From the NCBI GenBank assembly GCA_019116965.1, contig DXAT01000041.1, positions 1-29,806 of the forward strand: a stretch of DNA of 29,806 bases. Reading direction: 5' to 3'. Made by a program: the position numbers and the translations under genes. The DNA is from Candidatus Coprenecus pullistercoris (lineage in GTDB: Bacteria; Bacteroidota; Bacteroidia; Bacteroidales; UBA932). Shown in pieces: positions 1 through 8,144 of this stretch (its first letter is position 1; every line of letters begins with the position of its first letter). The notes below the pieces were generated by a model that was not told the DNA's origin, did no database searches, and saw only the letters and a list, made by a program, of their open reading frames with translations.

Positions 1-104
1 GAGTTACTCTAACTGCTTTTTCTTTTATCTCCTGATACGGTTTGACAGTCTGCAATTAAACCCCATTTGTCTGTGTTGCCGGAAAGTTGTAACTTAGCTG
101 CGTT

Positions 105-698
105 ATGGCAGTAAGGACTGATTTGCCGCAGGTGGCGGCTTTGAGACAGGCCGTGGAGAAGCGGTTCGGGCGTACGGTTGGAAGCCGTGCGGATTTTGCT
201 CTCCTGGCATCGGAGATAGAGTGTATAACCAGTGAGCATATCGCCGAGAATACGCTGCGGCGGATATGGGGCAGTCTGAAAGGTTATGAGACTGCGTTTG
301 ACAGGACTTTGGATGTGCTGTGTCACTATATCGGATTCAGCGGCTGGGAGGCTTTCTGCAAGCATGTCAGGGAGGTGAGCGGAAAGGAGTCGGACCTGGT
401 CTCCGGCGGCAGGTCGGTGAGGACGGATAGCTTGCAGGCAGGGGACCGGCTTCGGATAGGCTGGCTGCCGGACCGGCTGTGCGTGGTGGAACTGGAGGAC
501 GGACGCACATTCAGGGCGGTGGAGGCGGAAAATTCCACGATACGGCCCGGAGATACTTTTGAATGCAGCCTGTTCATCCTGGGTTATCCGCTGACCGTTG
601 ACAATTTCGTGCATGACGGACAGGCGGTGCCCCGATATGTGATGGGTATTGACCATGGGCTTACGACTTTGGAACAATTAAAATCATCTGATTTATGA
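105..698 (+). CDS. Hypothetical protein. Stop overlaps the start of the downstream kinase (ATGA), suggesting a co-translated partner.
   Basis: 197-aa ORF in the track. Its TGA (696-698) overlaps the ATG (695-697) of the kinase gene. No family recognised from sequence. Confidence 0.5.
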   Translation: MAVRTDLPQVAALRQAVEKRFGRTVGSRADFALLASEIECITSEHIAENTLRRIWGSLKGYETAFDRTLDVLCHYIGFSGWEAFCKHVREVSGKESDLVSGGRSVRTDSLQAGDRLRIGWLPDRLCVVELEDGRTFRAVEAENSTIRPGDTFECSLFILGYPLTVDNFVHDGQAVPRYVMGIDHGLTTLEQLKSSDL

Positions 699-1975
699 AA
701 ATACATTCCGGTTCGGTAGATGTTTCCGGTGTTTCGGGACAGGATGGTATCGTCATCTTGGGGTCAATAAGCGAGGGGCGGATGTTCCGTACCCTGAAAG
801 CCAGGCACGGAACGAGATATGTGGCTCTTAAAGCGGCCGTTGAGGACAATGCGATGTCTGTCTCGCTTCTCAGGCGGGAGTATGAGCTGTGCAGGGACCT
901 GTCGCATCCATGCGTGGTGAGTATTTTAGGGTTCGAGGAGGATACTCCTGCCGGTCCCGCAATCGAGATGGAGTACATCTCGGGGCGTACTCTGGATGAG
1001 TTCGTGGCGACGGCTCCTTCTGCCGCTCAGCGCAGGGCAGTGCTCAAGGATATTCTGGACGGAATGGATTATCTGCATCACCGGGGAATCCTGCACAACG
1101 ACCTCAAGCCGGACAATATCGTGGTCAATGCCAACGGGGCCGCCCGTATCATAGATTTCGGGTTGTCGGTCAGCGAGGACAGTGTCTATGCCGGGGCGGT
1201 GGGAGGCACTTGCGGCTACTCCGCTCCGGAAGTCCTTCAAGGGGATGGCTCTGCCGGAGCCGCATCGGATATCTATTCGCTCGGCCTGATAATCAACCTG
1301 CTTTTCGGCGGTCGCCGCTACCGCAGGCTCGCCCGTCGCTGCAGCCGTCCCGAACCGGCAGAGCGCTTCCAGAGCATCCCGGATCTGAGAAAAGCTCTGA
1401 CTGCGACGGACCGTCGTCCCTTTATCTGGGCAGGAACAGGAGCCTTGCTGCTTGTATTGTCGGCCGTGGTGTATGCCCTTGATGTAAAAAACAAAAATGC
1501 CGGCGAGCAGATCGAGACTTTCAGCAAGCAGGTTCTGGAAGAGACCGGACAGATGTACCGCGATGCGGTGGACGAGATGAAAACGGCCGTTGACAATATA
1601 CCCGTGGACTCTGTCGTAGACAGCCGTATGCAGCAGAAGGCGGATGATGAGACCGCCCGCTTTGAGAGATTCATGAAGCAGGCCATGACGGAGACCGAGC
1701 AACTATACCGCAGTGCTGTTGACTGCATCAAGGCAGCACAGGATCAAAAGACTATAGATAGTGTAAGGTTCAGTTTCACTGATGACTTCGGAGAATATTT
1801 AATGTCGTTGCCGAAGAGGTATCCGGCGGCAGAGCCGGGAACATTTTCCCCGGAGGTTTGGGCGGCTCATGAGATATACAAGCTGCGGCTGGCTCAGTTT
1901 GACTCTGTAATGTCTGAGATTTATCCGTCATTACCATGGGATGCGGATGAAAATGAAGCGGCGGAATCCAGATGA
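695..1975 (+). CDS. Membrane-anchored Ser/Thr protein kinase (Hanks-type). N-terminal kinase domain, one TM helix, acidic C-terminal extracytoplasmic domain with an internal tandem repeat.
   Basis: Catalytic loop HNDLKPDNIVV, DFG-like IIDFGLS and GTCGYSAPE activation segment. Hydrophobic segment PFIWAGTGALLLVLSAVVYAL. C-terminal ~45-aa duplicated units (QMYRDAVDEMKTAVDNIPVDSV / EQLYRSAVDCIKAAQDQKTIDSV). Confidence 0.85.
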   Translation: MKIHSGSVDVSGVSGQDGIVILGSISEGRMFRTLKARHGTRYVALKAAVEDNAMSVSLLRREYELCRDLSHPCVVSILGFEEDTPAGPAIEMEYISGRTLDEFVATAPSAAQRRAVLKDILDGMDYLHHRGILHNDLKPDNIVVNANGAARIIDFGLSVSEDSVYAGAVGGTCGYSAPEVLQGDGSAGAASDIYSLGLIINLLFGGRRYRRLARRCSRPEPAERFQSIPDLRKALTATDRRPFIWAGTGALLLVLSAVVYALDVKNKNAGEQIETFSKQVLEETGQMYRDAVDEMKTAVDNIPVDSVVDSRMQQKADDETARFERFMKQAMTETEQLYRSAVDCIKAAQDQKTIDSVRFSFTDDFGEYLMSLPKRYPAAEPGTFSPEVWAAHEIYKLRLAQFDSVMSEIYPSLPWDADENEAAESR

Positions 1976-1990
1976 TATCCGCCGCTTTCA
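1958..1990. terminator. GC-rich hairpin overlapping the kinase stop codon, lying between convergent genes. Possible weak bidirectional terminator.
   Basis: GCGGCGGA-N12-TCCGCCGC 8-bp stem followed by TTTCAG. No long T-tract. Confidence 0.35.
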
Positions 1991-2013
1991 GTCAAACTGA
2001 AATCATATTGATG

Positions 2014-2694
2014 TTATAAGAGTATGTCCATCAGTTCCTGAGCGTCTTCCAGTGCTTCTTTGGCGTCCTGGAGGTCCTGCTCGAGATCTTCGTCAATGGT
2101 TTCATCGAATACATCCTTCAGGTCCTCCTCTATGCTTGTAGTGGATGTATTTCCGCTGTCATCGGATACCCTGTAGTAGGCGTAGATGTCAAAGGCAATA
2201 TCGAAATCTGCAATCTGGTCGATGATGCCGGTCTCGCCTAACAGGGCATAGCAGAAAGTCCAGTTGTAGCTGTCGCCTACGCTTGACCAGTTCAGCATTT
2301 TCTCCAAGTTTTCTATATTGACGAGTTTCATGTATATGCTTTCTCCGTCTGCATTCTTGATCGGATCACCCTGTGTGTCGTAGATCTGCAGTTCGAAATC
2401 CTCAGCCGATACCGATGAGGCCCAGGAATCCGGGAAATCCTTGATGACCTGAGCATATACGGATACATAGAGTTTGTCGTCTTTCACATAGAACTTGTAG
2501 GAGCCGTCCGGTACCGAGATGTAATCGTCTGCGTCATAAGTCTCGCTCTCTTCCGTGTCGGAGTTCTCATAGCAGATATCTCCGTAAAGCTCGACATCTC
2601 TGACGGCTACCTCTTTTGAGGTACCTCCTCCGCAGGATGTGGCAGCCATGACGGATGCGGCCGCCGCAATGATTGTGATAAAAGTTTTTTTCAT
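2014..2694 (-). CDS. Acidic lipoprotein, hypothetical.
   Basis: Signal peptide plus lipobox Cys (MKKTFITIIAAAASVMAATSCGGG). Highly D/E-rich C-terminal half. Confidence 0.7.
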   Translation of the reverse strand: MKKTFITIIAAAASVMAATSCGGGTSKEVAVRDVELYGDICYENSDTEESETYDADDYISVPDGSYKFYVKDDKLYVSVYAQVIKDFPDSWASSVSAEDFELQIYDTQGDPIKNADGESIYMKLVNIENLEKMLNWSSVGDSYNWTFCYALLGETGIIDQIADFDIAFDIYAYYRVSDDSGNTSTTSIEEDLKDVFDETIDEDLEQDLQDAKEALEDAQELMDILL

Positions 2695-2714
2695 CTTTAT
2701 TTAAATATTAAGTG

Positions 2715-4538
2715 TTAAAGTTGCTTTGCCTTTGTTATGTCGAATGATTCCGCACACAACCTCATCTCATTGTTGTATTTGATGCTGATCTGGTAGATTA
2801 TGGACGGATCCTTTTTCTTTTTCCCCTTCTTTATGATATTGCACAATACTGTCCGGTTGTCGGTATCCACATCGACAATCTCATATCCGATGATATCGCA
2901 GAACGGTTTGAGCCGGTCTGCAAAATCGGCTTGCCAATAAGATACTGTAGATTCGGTATAGAAGAAATCTTCGCACGAACCATTGTCTGTTGTGCTGTAA
3001 GCAATCTTTGATGCTTTGCTGGCATCTACCATGAATTCAAAGGGAGCGCGTAATGAATAGACGGTAATTTCCTTTGATATATTTTTCAATGTCGTGTTGT
3101 AGTCATTGATAGAATTCGTCTTGATGATAACTCTTTGCGAAATGTCAGGACTATAAGATAAAAGGCAGTAGTTGTCATTAAGTTCCATGAGCTGTAAGTC
3201 CTTGGAATCGCGCAGTGCAGAGGAAATAGAGCGCAGGATTTCCGAATCGCTTAAGTTCATTCCTAATTTGGTGGCTGTGGCTTTGCCCGAGTTTATTGAC
3301 TGCTTTATGTATGATCCGGCATCTACCTGATCGGAGCCGAAAATGGCTTGGCTCAATGTAACGGCCTGTGAGGCAATGGCTGCATTGATGCAGGAGTCTA
3401 CCGCATTCATCTGTTCCGAAGTGAGATATGCCTTGTGTTCATAGTTGGGAAGCTTTATTGACGGATTCTGTAGATAGTTTTTGAAACCATCCCAGTTCCT
3501 GATACTTATGTACGCCTGGTCTTCATCTGTATTGATGCACCAGTAAATATCGCCCTCTTTGCTGATTAGCGGATCAGAGTATCTATCGTCCAGTGTGAAC
3601 TTTTTGACGGTTTCAACCAGATATGCGGCTCCCTCATCGCTGATGTATGCTCTTTCAGTAAGATATTCATATTTTGGATTGTTCCTTTTGCTCAGGTTGT
3701 ACCCTTGCAGGCTTTCGAAATCGAAACCGTCCTTGAGGGACAATATAGCCATCCTGGCGTAGTTCCCGATGGTCAGACTGTCTTGTCTTATTGTATATCC
3801 GAGATTCAGCAGCTGCTCCTTGTTTATTTCCCCGGCAGCATATTTTCTTGACATCTCGGTGACGGCCGGTTTTGTAGAGGATTTTCTGGTCGTCTTGCTT
3901 ATCAGGACTCCGTCAATAAATTCGTATTTGTCGTTACCTATTATCCATGTTCCGGTAGGGATTCCTTCCGGGTTAAGGCTTCCCTTCACGGAAGTGGTCA
4001 TGCCCTCCCTGCCATATTTGTTCGGGCCGATGTATTCGTATGCGCCGGTCAATATTCCGTTGTCATAGTGAGCATTCAGCAGGACGGCTCCCCAAATGTC
4101 GTAATCTTCTAAGGAAATATTGTTTTTGACTTTGAAATCGCCATGTGGTATTCCTCCCTTTATGAAGTTTCCCGAAAAATTACATTGCATATTTACTGGA
4201 GTGTTGTTTAGACTTCCGGAGACTTTGCATGATGATGACGCCGCTCCATAGAGCCCGCCATTGGAAAATACCGCATCCAGTTTATATCTTACATCAAGAT
4301 TGCCCCAAAGTGTAAGGCGATTGAATTCATAAGATTCTTGTGCATTGATATTCAGGCTTCCGTCTTTGATGTTTGAACCGTTTTCTCCAATGATGTAATG
4401 ATAATTCGCTTTACCAGTAATAAGTCCGAGTGATGTGGCTTTGGTGTAAGTGACTGTGTTTTGTTTGCGTTGGGCAAAGGATGTCCCCAAGCACATCAGG
4501 CATGCAGTGCCGAGCAATAGGATTTTCTTCATTTTCAT
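2715..4538 (-). CDS. Secreted hypothetical protein (607 aa) with Gly-rich, MORN-like short repeats.
   Basis: N-terminal signal peptide MKMKKILLLGTACLMCLGTSFAQ. Long uninterrupted ORF. 20-bp spacing to the downstream lipoprotein gene suggests an operon. Confidence 0.75.
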   Translation of the reverse strand: MKMKKILLLGTACLMCLGTSFAQRKQNTVTYTKATSLGLITGKANYHYIIGENGSNIKDGSLNINAQESYEFNRLTLWGNLDVRYKLDAVFSNGGLYGAASSSCKVSGSLNNTPVNMQCNFSGNFIKGGIPHGDFKVKNNISLEDYDIWGAVLLNAHYDNGILTGAYEYIGPNKYGREGMTTSVKGSLNPEGIPTGTWIIGNDKYEFIDGVLISKTTRKSSTKPAVTEMSRKYAAGEINKEQLLNLGYTIRQDSLTIGNYARMAILSLKDGFDFESLQGYNLSKRNNPKYEYLTERAYISDEGAAYLVETVKKFTLDDRYSDPLISKEGDIYWCINTDEDQAYISIRNWDGFKNYLQNPSIKLPNYEHKAYLTSEQMNAVDSCINAAIASQAVTLSQAIFGSDQVDAGSYIKQSINSGKATATKLGMNLSDSEILRSISSALRDSKDLQLMELNDNYCLLSYSPDISQRVIIKTNSINDYNTTLKNISKEITVYSLRAPFEFMVDASKASKIAYSTTDNGSCEDFFYTESTVSYWQADFADRLKPFCDIIGYEIVDVDTDNRTVLCNIIKKGKKKKDPSIIYQISIKYNNEMRLCAESFDITKAKQL

Positions 4539-4559
4539 ATTCGATTAATTGTGAGTTGA

Positions 4560-4622
4560 TTGGTATATGCAAAGTTGCAAAAAGCGTCGTTTGGTTCAAT
4601 GGCCCTTTTTGGCCCTAATTCC
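4560..4622 (-). repeat. Truncated 3' part (~60 bp) of the X/20-mer repeat family. The 20-mer GGCCCTTTTTGGCCCTAATT (4601-4620) encodes the last 7 codons of the PD-(D/E)xK gene. A cAacTTTG -7-like box sits ahead of the 2715..4538 gene.
   Basis: About 55 bp align with 5680-5735 (tatgcaaaGttgcAaa...ggccctttttggccctaattcc). Confidence 0.7.
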
Positions 4623-5345
4623 TGCTTGGATGGTGGTAAGCAGGTATCTGAATCTGTCACCGTTCTTTGTAAGTGCGGTGATGGCAGTGTCGTCCCAGTG
4701 GCACAGGTAGCTGCCATGCAGCACGAAGTCCGGATGAGATCCGATGATTTTTTCAGAGATCTTTCCCCATTTCAGTAATCCGGGACCAATCCGATTCCCT
4801 TCATGTGTGGAGAATGCGCGATAGCTTACATCTGTACTGGGACCGTTCCAGTAGATTCTGTTGTTGGTGACGAGCAGGGCAACACCGTCGGTCATATTTG
4901 GGTAGCATTGATTCAAGGCCTCGATGCGGCGTATGTCTTTCCAGTAGTTGTACATAATGATATCTCCTGCGCCTTGGTTCTTAATGATCCGGCAACCTGT
5001 TTTCAAATCTTCTCCGAAACGGGAAGGTTGATTGATAACAGGGCATGTGGCATACTTAAATTCTACGGCGGCAAACCGGCCGTCTTTTTCCACCACCACA
5101 TCGATGGACAGGTCATTGTCCCATGGAAAATCTAAGCTCTCTTTTCCTACTTTCAGATGGCGGACGCATAATTCTTCTTTCGGCACGGCATACTCCATGT
5201 CCACTCTGTCGTAATGCTTCTTTTCTTTGAGCCACATGGTTATCCGCACCTGCAGGTCTCTTTCATTGAAGATGAGTTCCTTGTTGCTTTTCAGAAAATC
5301 CTCCAGGTCGCAACGCAGCAATGTCAACAGGTTGCTGTTTTTCAT
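4596..5345 (-). CDS. Stand-alone PD-(D/E)xK (restriction-endonuclease-fold) nuclease family protein.
   Basis: Motif SIDVVVEKDGRFAAVEFKY (D ... E-x-K with 13-residue spacing). Single-gene cassette bounded by the 20-mer repeats. Lower GC than the core genes. Confidence 0.65.
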   Translation of the reverse strand: MKNSNLLTLLRCDLEDFLKSNKELIFNERDLQVRITMWLKEKKHYDRVDMEYAVPKEELCVRHLKVGKESLDFPWDNDLSIDVVVEKDGRFAAVEFKYATCPVINQPSRFGEDLKTGCRIIKNQGAGDIIMYNYWKDIRRIEALNQCYPNMTDGVALLVTNNRIYWNGPSTDVSYRAFSTHEGNRIGPGLLKWGKISEKIIGSHPDFVLHGSYLCHWDDTAITALTKNGDRFRYLLTTIQAGIRAKKGH

Positions 5346-5398
5346 GTCGTTTAAAATTAAATGTGCAGGCGGACTCCTATCTCTGCCAATTTATTAAA

Positions 5399-5735
5399 AA
5401 GAAAGTGTGGAGCCGGTCCGTCTGTCTTTGAAGAGGTTCTGACAAAACCCGAATGTAGGCAGGCTGAACAATCCCCACACTCGTATCGATTGTGAGAATA
5501 CACAAGTCAATACAAGTGATGGTGCCGTCGTTGTCCTTACATTCGTTGAAACTGTCAGATTTCTTCAAAAGGACAGTGCGAAAACACTTTCACCAATATG
5601 TCCGCCACATGTTTTGTCACATGGCACTACAAATATACTAACTTTTTCCATAAAGCAGCACCTTGCAGGGATTGTTTCGTATGCAAATTTGCGAATATTT
5701 ATACAGATATGGCGGCCCTTTTTGGCCCTAATTCC
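5399..5735 (-). repeat. Full copy 2 of the ~330-bp noncoding element X plus the 20-mer (5714-5733). Candidate structured 5' leader or recombination module directly upstream of the PD-(D/E)xK gene.
   Basis: About 85-90% identity to 10966-11291 over ~330 bp. The reading frames of the small ORFs inside are not conserved between copies. Conserved hairpin ACTGTC-N15-GACAGT. Long-range helix AACAAUCCCUGCA/UGUGGGGAUUGUU on the minus strand. Confidence 0.8.
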
Positions 5736-6419
5736 GATTCAGGCAAGTATGGTGCAGTTCAAACATCAGCAGTCTGCAGGCATTTTGATATACCGTCGCC
5801 GGTCTTATGGATTATCGGTGTCTTTGGGGAGAGAAAAGGTATAAAACTTTTGGTACACCTCACTATCTGTAATCCGGTAATCGCCATAATGTGCACATAT
5901 TCAGCTGTTTGCTGCCGCAGCCTCATAACAGATACGGCGCTTTTTGCCTGGAATTCGCCTTAATACGGCCTTATCTGTTATGCAGATTTTGACATATGAT
6001 GCTAATATATAGTCATTTACATAAAGAATACAATAACAGATGCTAAGGTCTATTAGGTACGCGCCACGAAAATCCATCTGTCTACACCCCTGAAATCGGA
6101 TGCAACGGTATAATATGTAAGTGCGCGCACCTGATTTTGACAGATGTAATGGATAATCAGTTGGTTGTATTTGATGTAATATGCGCGTACTTTCCGTAAA
6201 TACACCGGCATAAGATGTCGTATGTGATGGATGTGGCAGGGAGGCAGGCTACAAGTCTTTTTGACCGCTTGCAGCCTGGCGCTCCACTCTCTGCCGAGGA
6301 CATGCTCTCTTGTATATGCTCCTTAGTGTGAGTAAGTTCCTATTTGCGACACAGGATAGGTCCCGCTGATATGGCCATGGACTTGGGCCCAGAGTCTTGT
6401 AAAGTGACAGCTGCGGAAT

Positions 6420-7067
6420 TCAGCGGAAAATGCCGAATTTAACAGAAGCGGTAACGCTGTCTCGGAAAGTCTGTCCACCTTTGTAGCGTTGATAATAAAA
6501 GAGGTGATATAAGGTACTGTTCCCTCAATTACGAAATCAGTGATTTCGCAATTAAATGGGTATAATTTTACTCTCCCCGTCAAGCATCTGAATTGGACAC
6601 ATAACCTGATACTTTTACAGCAGGTCAAAGACATACGGGCAAGGTATTGGCGCATGGTGCAATACATTGTGCCCCATTGGAATACCGCTATTTGCAGGAA
6701 GCCATTAAACTTGATGATTACGGCAAACACGGGGCTTTGGCAAACAATTTTACCGAAACCCTCCCTGCACCGGTATCTGGTGATTGAGCTGAAAGACACA
6801 GAGTTCATGCCGGAATATATCGGCAAGCTCAACTTCTACTGTTCCGCCGTGGATGATATACTCTGCCGTGAAGGTGACAATCGCACTATCGGCCTTTTGC
6901 TCTGCAAGACCAAGGACCGCATCAAAGCTGAATATGCCTTGCGCGATATTCAGAAGCCGATAGGGATTTCCGATTATGAATTGGGATAGGCTTTGCCGGA
7001 AGATTTTCGGGGGAGCCTGCCTACGATTGAGGAAATCGAAAACGAATTAGAGGCAAAACAATCCTGA
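6420..7067 (+). pseudogene. Degraded yhcG-like (DUF1016, PD-(D/E)xK nuclease) pseudogene. N-terminal region eroded, with an internal deletion and an in-frame TAG at 6987-6989.
   Basis: The 6540-6989 ORF carries LNWTHNLILL (N-domain motif) fused to YLVIELKDTEFMPEYIGKLNFYCSAVDD...TIGLLLCKTKDRIKAEYALRDIQKPIGISDYEL. The family C-terminus ALPEDFRGSLPTIEEIENELEAKQS continues in frame after the TAG, to 7067. Confidence 0.6.
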
Positions 7068-7353
7068 TATTCAGCAAAAATGTAGGAGAAAGTGGGTCAG
7101 TGGCGGTAGTCGCTGAGACCGAGATTCTTTCCCTTTTGGCTGCCATACCGAGCATGAGCATAATGTCCGGCTTCATGTACTGCAGTAAACCGGATACAAT
7201 TTCCGTTACTTTCCTGAAACTTACCGGTAACCGTACTGCCTTGACCCAATCTTTGAAACTGTCGCAGGATGCTGCCTCTGCGGCGACATCCCACGACAGA
7301 TTCCTGTCCCGGCCTCCGAACGGCTCAGATCCTGTAATCAATACCGATATCAT
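7021..7353 (-). pseudogene. pcp: Truncated pyroglutamyl-peptidase I (pcp) fragment. N-terminal ~85 residues are recognisable, then divergence or truncation.
   Basis: MISVLITGSEPFGGRDRNLSWD...LPVSF...KPDIMLMLGMAAKRERISV matches the Pcp N-terminus (VLLTGFDPFGG...NPSWE...PDIIICVGQAGGR..ITPERVAIN). The remaining ~130 aa are absent. The fragment overlaps the yhcG remnant convergently. Confidence 0.55.
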
Positions 7354-7448
7354 CAGAGCACTATCAACTGTAAATTAACAACATCTAAAACATTGCGTCA
7401 TACCTGTCAGTCGTTATTTAGCCTCTGTCCTCAGTTCATTAATTGTGT

Positions 7449-7793
7449 CTATGTATGCTTGGTCGTAAATCGTATAATTAAAATCATTATTAAAAGTAAT
7501 AATGCATTGACAATGATGTACAATGGTACAGAAAACTCAAAAAAAGCAAAGGTGAAATTAAGGACAAGCAGAATGAATAGAAAGATTCCACCAATAGTGT
7601 GCATGACAATACCGGCTCGCTCTGTATTGGCTTTTAAGGCAATAGTGAACAGGCCGGATACGACAAGTGCTATAAAAGTAGTAATCGTGGCAACCCATTT
7701 AAGGTCCTCAATTTTGACGATGCTGTATTCCCCCCAAGACAGTAATGCTGAGATGGCGACGGTGACTATTGTGTAGAAAATGTCTATTCTCAT
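7449..7793 (-). CDS. Small integral membrane protein (3 predicted TM helices), hypothetical.
   Basis: 114-aa ORF with three long hydrophobic stretches. Its start overlaps the stop of the upstream gene (7793/7795). Confidence 0.55.
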   Translation of the reverse strand: MRIDIFYTIVTVAISALLSWGEYSIVKIEDLKWVATITTFIALVVSGLFTIALKANTERAGIVMHTIGGIFLFILLVLNFTFAFFEFSVPLYIIVNALLLLIMILIIRFTTKHT

Positions 7794-7794
7794 C

Positions 7795-8124
7795 TCAATG
7801 TTTATTCAAGATTATTAATTTCATAATTTCAGGTATGAGTTTCGCCTGTGTCCAGCCGCTCATGCCTGGTTTCCACATTAAGGTGTCTTCTTTTATTTTA
7901 TAAGATGATACCAGTGTGTTTACTTCAGGCTCAGTAATGGGGCCAATCTGAACATTGTCCACGATAGCATAATATTGTGATTCTGTTTTTATGACAGGTG
8001 CTCCTGAACCAGGGGTTTGCATATTATCTATAACATGATTCATGGTCGCAATCATCTGCTGCGCGACGGCCATACTCATGCCGAACTCTAAAAGTCTGTC
8101 TAATGAATTAAACGAGTTGTCCAT
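7795..8124 (-). CDS. GYF_2 (DUF4339) domain protein. Paralog of the C-terminal domain of the SPFH protein.
   Basis: YYAIVDNVQIGPITEPEVNTLVSSYKIKEDTLMWKPGMSGWTQAKLIPEI parallels LAINGQQSGPFSIPQLQQLAQQGKINAQTYVWKPGMSEWIMAGQVDEL in the upstream gene. Confidence 0.65.
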   Translation of the reverse strand: MDNSFNSLDRLLEFGMSMAVAQQMIATMNHVIDNMQTPGSGAPVIKTESQYYAIVDNVQIGPITEPEVNTLVSSYKIKEDTLMWKPGMSGWTQAKLIPEIMKLIILNKH

Positions 8125-8144
8125 ATTGATTCAATTATGTTTGA

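Noticed and set aside
9-677. 222-aa minus-strand ORF overlapping the 105..698 ORF
   Set aside because: Antisense to a plus-strand ORF that is translationally coupled to the kinase. No recognisable motifs. Likely a spurious ORF in GC-rich DNA.
926-1731. Minus-strand ORFs (258 aa, 137 aa) inside the kinase gene
   Set aside because: Antisense to a kinase gene with clear catalytic motifs. Typical shadow ORFs.
4598-4632. 20-mer and the adjacent CTGCTTGG as a direct repeat of the tRNA-Lys 3' end (classical attL/attR)
   Set aside because: Only an 8-mer (CTGCTTGG) and a loose GGCC-TTTT similarity are shared with the tRNA 3' region. This is within chance expectation for a 30-kb window and is not a convincing att core.
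5377-5963. Small ORFs inside element X (5377..5568 minus, 5598..5963 plus, 10959..11198 minus)
   Set aside because: The two X copies are about 85-90% identical at the DNA level, but these ORFs fall in different frames or are interrupted by stops in the other copy (for example MSAMRFRA* in copy 3). The conservation is therefore at the nucleotide or RNA level, not the protein level.
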